From: an uncultured Bacteroidales bacterium
GTDB lineage: Bacteria > Bacteroidota > Bacteroidia > Bacteroidales > UBA3663
Direction: 5' to 3'
Assembly (NCBI GenBank): GCA_905235375.1
Contig: CAJOLH010000025.1
Coordinates: 1 to 32,000, forward strand
Length of the DNA stretch: 32,000 nucleotides
Shown here piece by piece: positions 23,408-32,000 of this stretch (within the stretch, counting starts at the first letter, position 1; each line of letters opens with the position of its first letter). The notes under the pieces are model-generated. The model saw only the letters and a list, made by a program, of their open reading frames with translations, ran no database searches and was not told where the DNA came from. The position numbers and the translations under genes are program-made.

Positions 23408-24352
23408 ATGAATCAGAAACAAACAGGCCCAATAGGTATTTTTGACAGCGGCTTTGGAGGGCTCTCCATCTTCCGCGAAATACGTCATGTCCTCCCCGAG
23501 TATGACTACATCTACTTGGGCGACAATGCACGTGCCCCTTACGGTGACTTGCCGTACGACAAGGTTTATCATTTTACGCGGCAAGCCGTCTTCAGAATGT
23601 TCGACATGGGCTGCCCGCTGGTCATTCTGGCTTGCAATACAGCTTCAGCCAGAGCGCTGCGCACCATACAGCGCAAGGATTTGCCCGTGTGTGACGACCC
23701 GTCGCGCCGTGTATTGGGCGTAATCCGCCCAACAGTAGAACGTGTTGAACAACTCACGTATTCCCGACACATCGGTCTAATAGGCACCATTGCGACGGTC
23801 TCTTCGCACTCGTACGACCTGGAGATAGCCAAGGATCCCACCTATTTCTCACAAGTGCAAGGAAGTGCAGCTGCTTCAGAACCCGCCGAACCGACCTATT
23901 ACGTACACGAAAATTCGAAGATTGTGGCCAGCAACCCCAATCCCGTCATCCTCACTTCGCGAGCCTGTCCTGACTGGGTGCCCATGATTGAGGCGGGGAA
24001 GATGAAGGAGATGCACGGCATCGTGAAGAATGACCTGGCCGAACTTCTTGACCAGGATCCGGAAATAGACACCATCATCCTCGGTTGCACGCATTACCCG
24101 CTCATCACTTCACTCATCCAAACCGTGCTTCAAGAGTTGGATCATCCGGAGATTATCCTTATGCCTCAAGGCAAACCGGTAGCCTATAGTCTGAAAGATT
24201 ACCTCATCAGGCATCCCGAAATGAAGGGTCGCCTCTCAGCCAACGGTAGTGCGAAATACCTCACGTCGGGAGACACTGGAAGATTTGAGGTATTGGGCTC
24301 ACAGCTCATTGGAAAAGGAGTGAAGATCCATGCAGAGAAACTGATATGGTAA
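23408..24352 (+). CDS. murI: glutamate racemase
   Basis: The ORF track lists 23342..24352. I prefer the in-frame ATG at 23408 (MNQKQTGPIGIFDSGFGGLS). Signature motifs are DSGFGGLS, ILACNTASA and LGCTHYP. Confidence 0.9.
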   Translation: MNQKQTGPIGIFDSGFGGLSIFREIRHVLPEYDYIYLGDNARAPYGDLPYDKVYHFTRQAVFRMFDMGCPLVILACNTASARALRTIQRKDLPVCDDPSRRVLGVIRPTVERVEQLTYSRHIGLIGTIATVSSHSYDLEIAKDPTYFSQVQGSAAASEPAEPTYYVHENSKIVASNPNPVILTSRACPDWVPMIEAGKMKEMHGIVKNDLAELLDQDPEIDTIILGCTHYPLITSLIQTVLQELDHPEIILMPQGKPVAYSLKDYLIRHPEMKGRLSANGSAKYLTSGDTGRFEVLGSQLIGKGVKIHAEKLIW

Positions 24353-24379
24353 AGTGAATGCCTCATTCATTATAGAAAT

Positions 24380-24422
24380 AATCTCGTTATAACGTATATC
24401 TTCATTACGCTATAACGAGATT
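24380..24422. terminator. hairpin between convergent murI and sufS (probable bidirectional terminator)
   Basis: A 12-bp stem AATCTCGTTATA (24380..24391) / TATAACGAGATT (24411..24422), plus 4 further inner pairs. It is flanked by an A-rich run on the left and TTCTTTTC on the right. Confidence 0.55.
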
Positions 24423-24427
24423 TCTTT

Positions 24428-25648
24428 TCACATTCCGAACATCCTTGAAATCCGGCGAATGCCTGCGACAAGTATGTCGATCTCCTCTACCGTATTGTAG
24501 AAGGAGAAACTTGCTCGTACCGTACCCAGTATTCCCAAACTTTGCATCAAAGGTTCAGCACAATGATGACCGGTACGAACGGCGATGCCCAGTTTGTCGA
24601 GCAACATGCCCATATCATAATGGTGAATATCACCCACCAGGAAACTCATTACCGCTGACTTTTCGTGTGCATTGCCGAATATGCGCATACCAGGAATCCG
24701 CAGGAACTCGTCGGTACAATATGTGAGCAGCTGATGTTCATATTCCGCGATATTATCCATGCCGATAGCCTCGACATAGTCAAGAGCAGCAGCAAGAGCC
24801 ACCGTACTGATGAAGTCAGGTGTGCCAGCCTCGAATTTATAAGGCAATTCATTGAAGGTTGTACCATCGAACGACACTGTTTTGATCATCTCGCCGCCTC
24901 CCTGATAAGGGGGCATCTTTTCGAGCCATTCACGCTTTCCATAAAGTACACCTACACCTGTTGGACCATAAATCTTATGACCGGAAAAGACGAAGAAGTC
25001 GCAATCGAGCTCCTGAACATCCACCTTGAGATGAGGCACGGACTGCGCACCATCGACGAGGACAGGCACTCCCCTACGATGAGCGATTTCGATGACTTGC
25101 TTGACCGGATTGACCGTACCTAACACATTTGAGACTTGCGTCAGGCTCACCAGCTTGGTGCGCTCGGAGAAAAGGCTTTGAAGATGGCCAAGATCCAGTT
25201 CCTGCAGTTCATTCAGGCGAACATGGCGAATGACTATACCCTTGCGTGACTGCAGCAACTGCCAGCTGACGATATTGGAATGATGTTCCATATCGGTGAG
25301 AATCACTTCATCACCTTCGTTCAAGAATGCCTCGCCAAAGGAAGATGCCACCAGATTGATGCTTTCAGTTGTGCCTCGTGTAAAGATGATTTCGGCACTT
25401 TCCTTGGCATTGAGGAACTGCTGCACACGTTGACGTGCACCTTCATGGAGGTCGGTAGCATCCTGGCTCAGGAAATGAACACCACGATGCACATTGGCAT
25501 TGTGATGCAGATAACCATCACGAAGCTTTTCAATTACGCAAAGTGGCTTCTGCGTGGTAGCTCCATTGTCTAAATAGACAAGTGGCTTGCCATAGACCGT
25601 GCTATCAAGAATGGGGAAATCCTTTCGGATTGAATTAATATCTAACAT
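24428..25648 (-). CDS. sufS: cysteine desulfurase, SufS/CsdA-type class V aminotransferase
   Basis: The ORF track lists 24428..25780. I prefer ATG 25648 (MLDINSIRKDFPIL...VYLDNGATTQKP, the typical N-terminus). SGHK is the PLP lysine motif and RTGHHCAEP holds the catalytic Cys. 406 aa. Confidence 0.85.
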   Translation of the reverse strand: MLDINSIRKDFPILDSTVYGKPLVYLDNGATTQKPLCVIEKLRDGYLHHNANVHRGVHFLSQDATDLHEGARQRVQQFLNAKESAEIIFTRGTTESINLVASSFGEAFLNEGDEVILTDMEHHSNIVSWQLLQSRKGIVIRHVRLNELQELDLGHLQSLFSERTKLVSLTQVSNVLGTVNPVKQVIEIAHRRGVPVLVDGAQSVPHLKVDVQELDCDFFVFSGHKIYGPTGVGVLYGKREWLEKMPPYQGGGEMIKTVSFDGTTFNELPYKFEAGTPDFISTVALAAALDYVEAIGMDNIAEYEHQLLTYCTDEFLRIPGMRIFGNAHEKSAVMSFLVGDIHHYDMGMLLDKLGIAVRTGHHCAEPLMQSLGILGTVRASFSFYNTVEEIDILVAGIRRISRMFGM

Positions 25649-25741
25649 GTCTCGACTTTTTCGGAATAACACTATAACGTAATCACGGTATAACGGTATA
25701 ACGGCATCACGAAATCCCGAAATAATTGGAATAAATAATTC

Positions 25742-25773
25742 AAAAAGCCCATACAAGGAAACTTGTACGGGCT
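25742..25773 (-). terminator. rho-independent terminator after rplQ
   Basis: The minus strand reads AGCCCGTACAAG-tttc-CTTGTATGGGCT, a 12-bp stem including one G-U pair, followed by TTTTT. It lies 38 nt after the rplQ stop. Confidence 0.7.
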
Positions 25774-25810
25774 TTATCATTGTTTGGGCATGATGCCCGA
25801 AAGTACCGAT

Positions 25811-26281
25811 TTACTCAGCCTTTGCCTCTGCTTCGGCAGCTGGAGCAGCTTCGGCGGTCTTCTTCGAACGTGAACGACGAGTCTTGGGCTTCTTCTCGAC
25901 ATTGTCCTTGAGAAGGTTCTCGTTGTAATCCACGAACTCGATCATTGCCATTTCGGCATTGTCGCCGAGGCGGTTCTGGCCAAGCTTAAGGATGCGGAGA
26001 TAGCCACCGGGACGGTTGGCAATCTTCACTGCGATGTCGCCGAAGAGCTCCTTCACTGCCTCCTTATCCTGAAGGTAAGAGAAGACGATACGACGGCTGT
26101 TGGTGGTATCCTCCTTAGCGCGGTTGATGATTGGTTCGGCGTAAACACGCAATGCCTTGGCCTTGGCAACTGTGGTGTTGATGCGCTTAGCCCTAATCAA
26201 CGAAACAGTCATGTTGGCGAGCATAGCCTCACGATGAGACTTGGTTCGTCCAAGGTGATTGAATTTCTTATTATGTCTCAT
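25811..26281 (-). CDS. rplQ: 50S ribosomal protein L17
   Basis: [24 protein letters not shown] is the L17 N-terminus; the gene is in the operon position after rpoA. Confidence 0.95.
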   Translation of the reverse strand: MRHNKKFNHLGRTKSHREAMLANMTVSLIRAKRINTTVAKAKALRVYAEPIINRAKEDTTNSRRIVFSYLQDKEAVKELFGDIAVKIANRPGGYLRILKLGQNRLGDNAEMAMIEFVDYNENLLKDNVEKKPKTRRSRSKKTAEAAPAAEAEAKAE

Positions 26282-26289
26282 TGTTGTAA

Positions 26290-27282
26290 TTAGTCTTTAT
26301 CAAGTTTATATTTGGAGATATCCATTCCGAACGAAAGGTTGAGACTCTGAAGCAGCTCCTCGAGCTCGGTGAGAGACTTCTTGCCAAAGTTGCGGAACTT
26401 GAGAAGGTCTGTCTTATTGAATACAACCAACTCACCAAGCGTCTCAACTTCGGCGCTCTTCAAGCAGTTGAGAGCACGAACGGAGAGATCCATATCGGTA
26501 AGCTTGGTCTTGAGAAGCTGACGCATGTGGAGAACTTCTTCATCGAATTCCTCATTAGTGTCGTTCTCAGTAGTCTCAATAGCAATCTTCTCGTCGGAGA
26601 AGAGCATGAAGTGATAGATCAAGATCTTGGCAGCTTCACGCAATGCATCCTTAGGATGGATTGAGCCATCGGTTGTCACTTCAATCACCAGTTTCTCATA
26701 GTCGGTACGCTGTTCAACACGGAAAGGCTCAACAAAGTACTTCACGTTGCGAATAGGTGTGAAGATGGAATCGATAGCAATAGTAGTTACCTCAGCATTG
26801 GGATTGCGGTTCTCTTCAGCAGGAACATAGCCGCGACCCTTGTTGATGGTCAATGTAATATCAAAACTTGCACTGGAGTCCATGTGGCAGATGACCAGTT
26901 CAGGATTAAGGACATCGAATGCAGTCATTCCCATGTGCAAGTCACTTGCCTTGAGAACTTCCGTATTCTTGACCCTAACAGTGATGGTTTCACTCTCTGT
27001 ACCTTCGACGATCTGCTTCAAGCGGACCTGCTTGAGGTTCAAGATGATGTTGGTAACATCCTCTAATACACCCGGAATGGTGGCAAACTCATGCTCAACA
27101 CCTGAAATTTTTACACTGGTGAAAGCAAAGCCTTCGAGTGACGAAAGCAGAATACGGCGTAAAGCATTACCAACTGTAATGCCGTAGCCTGGTTCCAGAG
27201 GTCGGAATTCGAACTTGCCAGAGAACTGGTCAGATTCCAACATGATAACCTTTTCGGGTCTTTGAAATGCTAAAATCGCCAT
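26290..27282 (-). CDS. rpoA: DNA-directed RNA polymerase subunit alpha
   Basis: 330 aa. [28 protein letters not shown] is the conserved alpha NTD motif. The gene lies between rpsD and rplQ. Confidence 0.95.
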   Translation of the reverse strand: MAILAFQRPEKVIMLESDQFSGKFEFRPLEPGYGITVGNALRRILLSSLEGFAFTSVKISGVEHEFATIPGVLEDVTNIILNLKQVRLKQIVEGTESETITVRVKNTEVLKASDLHMGMTAFDVLNPELVICHMDSSASFDITLTINKGRGYVPAEENRNPNAEVTTIAIDSIFTPIRNVKYFVEPFRVEQRTDYEKLVIEVTTDGSIHPKDALREAAKILIYHFMLFSDEKIAIETTENDTNEEFDEEVLHMRQLLKTKLTDMDLSVRALNCLKSAEVETLGELVVFNKTDLLKFRNFGKKSLTELEELLQSLNLSFGMDISKYKLDKD

Positions 27283-27296
27283 ATATGGACTATTTA

Positions 27297-27902
27297 TTAT
27301 TTAGAGTACAATTCGACAATGAGCTGCTCCTGAATGTTCTCAGGGATATCAGCACGCTCAGGAATGTGGAGATACTTGCCGCTGAGGGAGTTCTGATCCC
27401 ACTCAAGCCATGGATATTTGCTGTGGTTGAAACCTGCGAGAGCGTTATCAACAACCTCAAGAGCCTTCGAGCGCTCGCGAACGCCAACAATCTGGCCGGG
27501 CTTTACGCAATAGGACGCAATGTTGACAACCTTGCCATCAACCACCACATGCTTGTGGAGGACGAGCTGACGAGCAGCAGCGCGGGTTGGAGCGATACCC
27601 AAACGGTAAACGATATTATCGAGACGGCTCTCAAGAAGCTGAAGAAGTACTTCACCGGTTACACCCTTCGTACGCTCGGCCTTCTCGAAGAGACGACGGA
27701 ACTGTGACTCGAGCACACCATAAGTATATTTAGCCTTCTGCTTTTCCTTAAGCTGCGTGCCATACTCGGAAGTTTTCTTACGACGATTCAAGCCATGCTG
27801 ACCAGGTGCATAGTTCTTCTTAGCGAGAACCTTGTCTGGTCCGTAGATAGCCTCGCCAAGTTTGCGGGCAATGCGGGTTTTTGGTCCAGTATATCTTGCC
27901 AT
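27297..27902 (-). CDS. rpsD: 30S ribosomal protein S4
   Basis: [21 protein letters not shown] is the S4 N-terminus; 201 aa. Confidence 0.95.
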   Translation of the reverse strand: MARYTGPKTRIARKLGEAIYGPDKVLAKKNYAPGQHGLNRRKKTSEYGTQLKEKQKAKYTYGVLESQFRRLFEKAERTKGVTGEVLLQLLESRLDNIVYRLGIAPTRAAARQLVLHKHVVVDGKVVNIASYCVKPGQIVGVRERSKALEVVDNALAGFNHSKYPWLEWDQNSLSGKYLHIPERADIPENIQEQLIVELYSK

Positions 27903-27956
27903 AGTTTTTTTACAATTTAAGCATTAAATTAATTAAAAAACCACATTATTCACACA

Positions 27957-28346
27957 TTATACCTTGCGACGCTTTGGAGGACGGCAACCATTGTGTGGAA
28001 GTGGTGTCACGTCGATAATCTCAGTTACCTCGATACCAGCGCCATGGATGGTACGGATAGCCGACTCACGACCGTTACCTGGACCCTTAACATAAGCCTT
28101 CACTTTGCGAAGACCAAGATCGTAGGCGATTTTTGCGCAATCCTGAGCTGCCATCTGAGCAGCATAAGGAGTGTTCTTCTTCGAACCTCTGAAGCCCATC
28201 TTACCGGCAGATGACCAAGAAATCACCTGACCCTCGCTGTTTGCGAGTGAAACGATAACGTTGTTGAACGACGAATGTACGTGAAGCTGGCCGTTAGCAC
28301 TAACCTTCACGTTACGTTTTTTAGCTGCAACTGTTTTCTTTGCCAT
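27957..28346 (-). CDS. rpsK: 30S ribosomal protein S11
   Basis: 129 aa; [18 protein letters not shown] ... [11 protein letters not shown] ... [14 protein letters not shown] are S11 signatures. Confidence 0.95.
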   Translation of the reverse strand: MAKKTVAAKKRNVKVSANGQLHVHSSFNNVIVSLANSEGQVISWSSAGKMGFRGSKKNTPYAAQMAAQDCAKIAYDLGLRKVKAYVKGPGNGRESAIRTIHGAGIEVTEIIDVTPLPHNGCRPPKRRKV

Positions 28347-28368
28347 AGTTTTCTTCTACTTTAACAGA

Positions 28369-28749
28369 TTACTTTGTAGCCTTCTTCTTGTTGGCAACAG
28401 TCTTCTTCTTACCCTTGCGTGTACGAGCATTGTTCTTTGTGCTCTGGCCACGTACTGGCAAGCCAAGACGATGACGGATACCGCGGTAGCAGCCGATATC
28501 CATGAGACGCTTAATGTTCAACTGAACTTCAGAACGAAGATCGCCTTCTACCTTGTAGTTGGCACCGATATACTCACGAATAGCGGCGGCCTGTGAATCA
28601 GTCCAATCTTTTACCTTGATGTCTTTATCGACACCAGCATTCTTCAAAATGGTATTTGCGGCGCTGCGGCCGATACCATAGATGTAAGTCAACGCGATTT
28701 CTCCACGCTTGTTCTGCGGAAGATCTACGCCTACAATTCTAACTGCCAT
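28369..28749 (-). CDS. rpsM: 30S ribosomal protein S13
   Basis: [27 protein letters not shown] is the S13 N-terminus; 126 aa. Confidence 0.95.
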   Translation of the reverse strand: MAVRIVGVDLPQNKRGEIALTYIYGIGRSAANTILKNAGVDKDIKVKDWTDSQAAAIREYIGANYKVEGDLRSEVQLNIKRLMDIGCYRGIRHRLGLPVRGQSTKNNARTRKGKKKTVANKKKATK

Positions 28750-28790
28750 ATAAATTTAAATAAATTGTGTTTTTTGCGAAAAAATGCCTG

Positions 28791-28798
28791 CAAATATA
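28791..28798 (-). promoter_or_regulatory. candidate internal -7 promoter box upstream of rpsM (alpha-operon promoter)
   Basis: Minus-strand TATATTTGcagg (plus caaatata), 6 nt after the rpmJ stop and 41 nt upstream of the rpsM ATG. Confidence 0.4.
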
Positions 28799-28804
28799 CG
28801 TAAT

Positions 28805-28921
28805 TTATCCTTGACGTAGCTTAAATTTAGGATTTTTTTTGTTAATTACGTACAAAACGCCGCGGCGACGGACGATTTTGCAATCTGGAGTGCGCTTTTT
28901 GAGCGATGCTTTAACTTTCAT
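28805..28921 (-). CDS. rpmJ: 50S ribosomal protein L36
   Basis: Too short for the ORF track. My hand translation of the minus strand gives [38 protein letters not shown] + TAA (38 aa). It sits in the expected infA-rpmJ-rpsM position. Confidence 0.9.
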   Translation of the reverse strand: MKVKASLKKRTPDCKIVRRRGVLYVINKKNPKFKLRQG

Positions 28922-28933
28922 ATCGTAAGAATT

Positions 28934-29152
28934 TTATTTGTAGCGGAAAGAAATTCTGCCTTTCGAGAGGTCATAGGGCGACATCTCTACTCGAACCTTG
29001 TCACCTGGCAAGATCTTGATGTAGTGCATACGCATCTTGCCGGAAATGTGAGCGGTAATCTCGTGTCCGTTTTCGAGCTCTACGCGGAACATAGCGTTCG
29101 AAAGGGCTTCGACGATGGTACCATCTTGTTCAATTGCTGCTTGTTTTGCCAT
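28934..29152 (-). CDS. infA: translation initiation factor IF-1
   Basis: 72 aa; [53 protein letters not shown] is classic IF-1. Confidence 0.95.
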   Translation of the reverse strand: MAKQAAIEQDGTIVEALSNAMFRVELENGHEITAHISGKMRMHYIKILPGDKVRVEMSPYDLSKGRISFRYK

Positions 29153-29174
29153 TCAATAAATGTTGAAATTTTAC

Positions 29175-29957
29175 TTAGATAAATCGATCGCCTAATACTT
29201 CCTGAATATAGTCGAAGGTGGAAAGAATCTCGGTCTTCTCTTCGCGGATGGCCAGGCAATGCTCGTAATGAGCCGACCACTTATGGTCACGTGTACGCAC
29301 CGTCCAACCGTTACGGTCGATAGTGACATTCTTCGATCCCATGTTGATCATTGGCTCGATGCAAATGCACATTCCCGAACGAAGCAGCGGTCCGACACCA
29401 CGACGTCCGTAGTTGGGGACATCAGGGTCTTCATGAAGACCACGACCTATACCATGACCCGTCAGTTCACGAACAACCGTGTAACCACGTTTCTCACAGT
29501 AATCCTGTACGGCATAACCAATGTGACCTACTCGATTACCAACCTTGGCCTGTTCGATACCGATATAAAGACTCTCCTTCGTTGTTCGCAACAAGCGGAG
29601 AACCTGCTCATCGACATCACCCACGGGAAAAGTGTAACAGCTGTCGCCATTGAAACCGTTGATGACCGCTCCACAATCGCATCCGACAATGTCGCCGTCC
29701 CTAAGTTCATAATCAGAAGGGAAACCATGTACAACCTCGTCATTGACTTCGATGCAGAGGGTGCCCGGAAAGCCTTCATAACCCTTGAAACCAGGAACGC
29801 CACCGTGATCACGGATAAACTCCTCGGCAATTTGGTCAAGCCTAAGGGTAGTAACACCTGGCTGGACCCACTTGGCGACTTCGCCAAGTGTCTGTCCAAC
29901 CAGTTGATTAGCCTGTCGAATCAGCTCTATTTCTTCGTCAGTCTTCAGAAATATCAT
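29175..29957 (-). CDS. map: type I methionine aminopeptidase
   Basis: 260 aa with VVHGFPSDYELRDGDIVGCD, GHGIG and HYEH metal-ligand motifs; located between secY and infA. Confidence 0.93.
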   Translation of the reverse strand: MIFLKTDEEIELIRQANQLVGQTLGEVAKWVQPGVTTLRLDQIAEEFIRDHGGVPGFKGYEGFPGTLCIEVNDEVVHGFPSDYELRDGDIVGCDCGAVINGFNGDSCYTFPVGDVDEQVLRLLRTTKESLYIGIEQAKVGNRVGHIGYAVQDYCEKRGYTVVRELTGHGIGRGLHEDPDVPNYGRRGVGPLLRSGMCICIEPMINMGSKNVTIDRNGWTVRTRDHKWSAHYEHCLAIREEKTEILSTFDYIQEVLGDRFI

Positions 29958-29966
29958 AGCGAGATA

Positions 29967-31295
29967 TCAATAAGCAGCTACAGAACCTGTGCGACCTTTG
30001 ATCTTGCCGTTCTTCATCAGACCGTCATAGTGATGCATCATCAGATGCGACTCGATCTGCTGGAGAGTATCCAAAATTACACCCACAAGAATCAGGAGTG
30101 ACGTGCCACCGAAGAACTGTGAGAATTCCTGTGTGACGCCAAGGATACGGGCGAAACAGGGAAGGATAGCCACAAATGCCAGGAAGATAGAACCTGGAAG
30201 GGTGATACGCGACATGATCTTGTCAAGGAACTCGGTAGTCTTCTTGCCAGGCTTGATACCCGGGATGAAGCCGTTCTGAGACTTGATTGCATCCGACATC
30301 TGCTGAGGATTCATCGTGATGGCGGTGTAGAAATAGGTGAAGACAATGATCAGGATTGCAAATACAAAGTTATAGGTAAACGTTGTATTGTCAAAGAAAC
30401 TTGACCAGAAGCTTGCAGTGTTCTGGCTTGCAAAACCTGCAAACACAAGAGGGATGAACATGATAGCCTGTGCGAAGATGATAGGCATTACGCCTGCAGC
30501 ATTCACCTTGAGAGGTATATACTGGCGAACACCACCATACTGACGGTTACCACGAATCTGCTTAGCGTACTGTACAGGCACTTTGCGGGTACCCTGTACC
30601 AAGAGAATGCTGATACCAATCACGATAAGGAGGAACACAATCTCGAGGAGGAAGAGCACCAGGTTGCCGGTCGAAGAGGCAGCCTGTACAAACTCCTGCG
30701 AAATTGCCGTTGGGAAGCGTGCGATGATACCGATCATGATAAGGAACGAGATACCGTTGCCAATACCCTTGTCGGTGATACGCTCGCCAAGCCACATCAC
30801 AAACATCGAGCCTGCAGTCAGGATGATAATGCTGCTGAAGTTAAACCACCAGCCCTGATTTACAATAGCCGGGCCAATCTGATAACGAAGGTTGGTCAGA
30901 TAAGCGAAGCTCTGGAAAATGAGCACAACTACTGTGAGCAGACGTGTGTACTGATTGATCTTGTTACGACCACTCTCGCCTTCCATCGAAAGCTTGCGGA
31001 GCGATGGAAGAACCATCGTCAGAAGCTGGATGATAATCGAGGCAGAGATATAGGGCATAATACCCAATGCGAAGATTGAGGCATTCGAGAATGCTCCACC
31101 AGAGAACATATCCAAGAGTGCCATAAGGCCACCACGAGTCTGATTGTGCAGCTCATCGAGCAGACTGGCATCGATACCCGGAAGAACTATGAAGCAACCC
31201 AAACGATAGATTGCAACGAGACCGAGCGTCCAAAGGATACGAGTGCGGAGCTCTTCAATCTTCCAAATGTTTTTGAATGTCTCAACTATTCTCAT
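29967..31295 (-). CDS. secY: preprotein translocase subunit SecY
   Basis: 442 aa, polytopic. ELRTRILWTLGLVAIYRLGCFIVLPGI is the SecY N-terminus; follows rplO. Confidence 0.95.
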   Translation of the reverse strand: MRIVETFKNIWKIEELRTRILWTLGLVAIYRLGCFIVLPGIDASLLDELHNQTRGGLMALLDMFSGGAFSNASIFALGIMPYISASIIIQLLTMVLPSLRKLSMEGESGRNKINQYTRLLTVVVLIFQSFAYLTNLRYQIGPAIVNQGWWFNFSSIIILTAGSMFVMWLGERITDKGIGNGISFLIMIGIIARFPTAISQEFVQAASSTGNLVLFLLEIVFLLIVIGISILLVQGTRKVPVQYAKQIRGNRQYGGVRQYIPLKVNAAGVMPIIFAQAIMFIPLVFAGFASQNTASFWSSFFDNTTFTYNFVFAILIIVFTYFYTAITMNPQQMSDAIKSQNGFIPGIKPGKKTTEFLDKIMSRITLPGSIFLAFVAILPCFARILGVTQEFSQFFGGTSLLILVGVILDTLQQIESHLMMHHYDGLMKNGKIKGRTGSVAAY

Positions 31296-31300
31296 GACGT

Positions 31301-31753
31301 TTACGCGTTAACTTTTACTACTGTACCACCAGCTGCTACGATAGCCTCCTCAGCCTTCTTGGAGAAAGCGTGAGCAGTAACTTCGAGAGCTACACTGAGA
31401 GCACCATTGCCAAGGATCTTGACAAGATCTTTCTTGGCTACAAGTCCAGCCTCATGAAGAGCCTGAACATCAATCTTAGTAAGCGACTTTGCAGTTGCAA
31501 GTGCATCAAGAGTAGAAAGGTTGATAGCCTTATACTCTACATGATTGATATTCTTGAAACCGAACTTCGGCAAACGACGCTGGATAGGCATCTGACCGCC
31601 TTCAAAGCCGATCTTCTTCTTATAGCCGGAACGCTGCTTAGCGCCCTTGTTACCACGGGTTGAAGTGCCACCGAGACCGGAACCTGCACCACGGCCAACA
31701 CGCTTACGGGTCTTTACAGATCCAGCGGCAGGCTTCAAATTACTTAAATTCAT
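31301..31753 (-). CDS. rplO: 50S ribosomal protein L15
   Basis: 150 aa; MNLSNLKPAAGSVKTRKRVGRGAGSGLGGTSTRGNKG is the L15 N-terminus. Confidence 0.95.
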   Translation of the reverse strand: MNLSNLKPAAGSVKTRKRVGRGAGSGLGGTSTRGNKGAKQRSGYKKKIGFEGGQMPIQRRLPKFGFKNINHVEYKAINLSTLDALATAKSLTKIDVQALHEAGLVAKKDLVKILGNGALSVALEVTAHAFSKKAEEAIVAAGGTVVKVNA

Positions 31754-31787
31754 ATTCTTTGCACTTAAATTAAGTTAGTGATATGGA

Positions 31788-31825
31788 GGGGGTGTGACTT
31801 GGTTTCCCTATAGTCGCCACACCCC
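31788..31825 (-). other. GC-rich hairpin inside the 93-nt rpmD-rplO spacer
   Basis: Plus-strand GGGGTGTG (31789..31796) pairs with CACACCCC (31818..31825), and GAC/GTC may extend the stem. No U-run follows on the transcribed (minus) strand, so it is not a canonical terminator. Confidence 0.5.
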
Positions 31826-31846
31826 ACCCGAGGATTTTTCTGTTAA

Positions 31847-32000
31847 TTAGTCAACAAGAGCGACAAGATGAGCGACCTTGCGAATCTGACCACGAGTGCA
31901 CTCGTTGTCAGGAAGCTCGCGGACAAGACCGATACGGGTCAGTCCGAGTGCATCAAGGGTCAACTTCTCCGTCTTAGGGCAGTTGATGCGGCTGCGAATA
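31847..32000 (-). CDS. rpmD: 50S ribosomal protein L30 (C-terminal part; N-terminus beyond the window)
   Basis: Not in the ORF track because it is truncated by the edge. My hand translation of the minus strand gives ...IRSRINCPKTEKLTLDALGLTRIGLVRELPDNECTRGQIRKVAHLVALVD + TAA (stop at 31847..31849). It sits in the expected position upstream of rplO. Confidence 0.9.
   Translation of the reverse strand, partial: IRSRINCPKTEKLTLDALGLTRIGLVRELPDNECTRGQIRKVAHLVALVD

Noticed and set aside
23322-23531. Upstream extensions of the glycosidase-like gene (to 23531), sufS (to 25780), murI (from 23342) and the vWA gene (to 3461)
   Set aside because: The extensions lack signal-peptide or family features, overlap divergent genes, promoters or the rplQ terminator, and internal ATGs give canonical N-termini.

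Overview
The window looks like a Bacteroidota chromosome (Bacteroidales, Prevotella-like). Evidence: TAnnTTTG -7 promoter boxes, no Shine-Dalgarno sequences, lipobox signal peptides, and the minus-strand gene order rpmD-rplO-secY-map-infA-rpmJ-rpsM-rpsK-rpsD-rpoA-rplQ. The region from ~11.1 to 32 kb is ordinary, densely packed housekeeping DNA: an rlmI-like methyltransferase, rseP, dxr, ispD, a CE4-type deacetylase, a DUF2723-type membrane protein, a large secreted glycosidase-like protein, murI, sufS and the ribosomal-protein/secY/rpoA operon. The first ~11 kb looks accessory and is visibly more A+T-rich. It contains: (i) a three-gene minus-strand cluster of secreted vWA-domain and single-pass membrane proteins. 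One gene (1..1536) is missing from the ORF track because it runs off the window. It is a fusion of the two modules that the adjacent, translationally coupled pair encodes separately. (ii) An orphan lipoprotein gene. (iii) A 42-bp x ~9 tandem array bracketed by 34-bp direct repeats that carry promoter-like boxes. (iv) Two orphan P-loop NTPase + PD-(D/E)xK nuclease fusion genes. They are separated by a ~283-bp element bounded by 15-bp perfect inverted repeats, with a promoter-like box and two long hairpins but no credible ORF (candidate inverton, MITE or sRNA). (v) folA, preceded by ~0.9 kb of 73-bp tandem repeats in which a small GxxExxY PD-(D/E)xK nuclease gene is nested. I recognised no rRNA, tRNA, CRISPR array, transposase, integrase or reverse transcriptase. 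I cannot point to a proven new system. The best follow-up candidates are the split/fused vWA cluster, the inverted-repeat-bounded element between the ATPase-nuclease genes, and the repeat arrays around the GxxExxY gene. All family names come from recognising motifs by eye and from memory, not from database hits.
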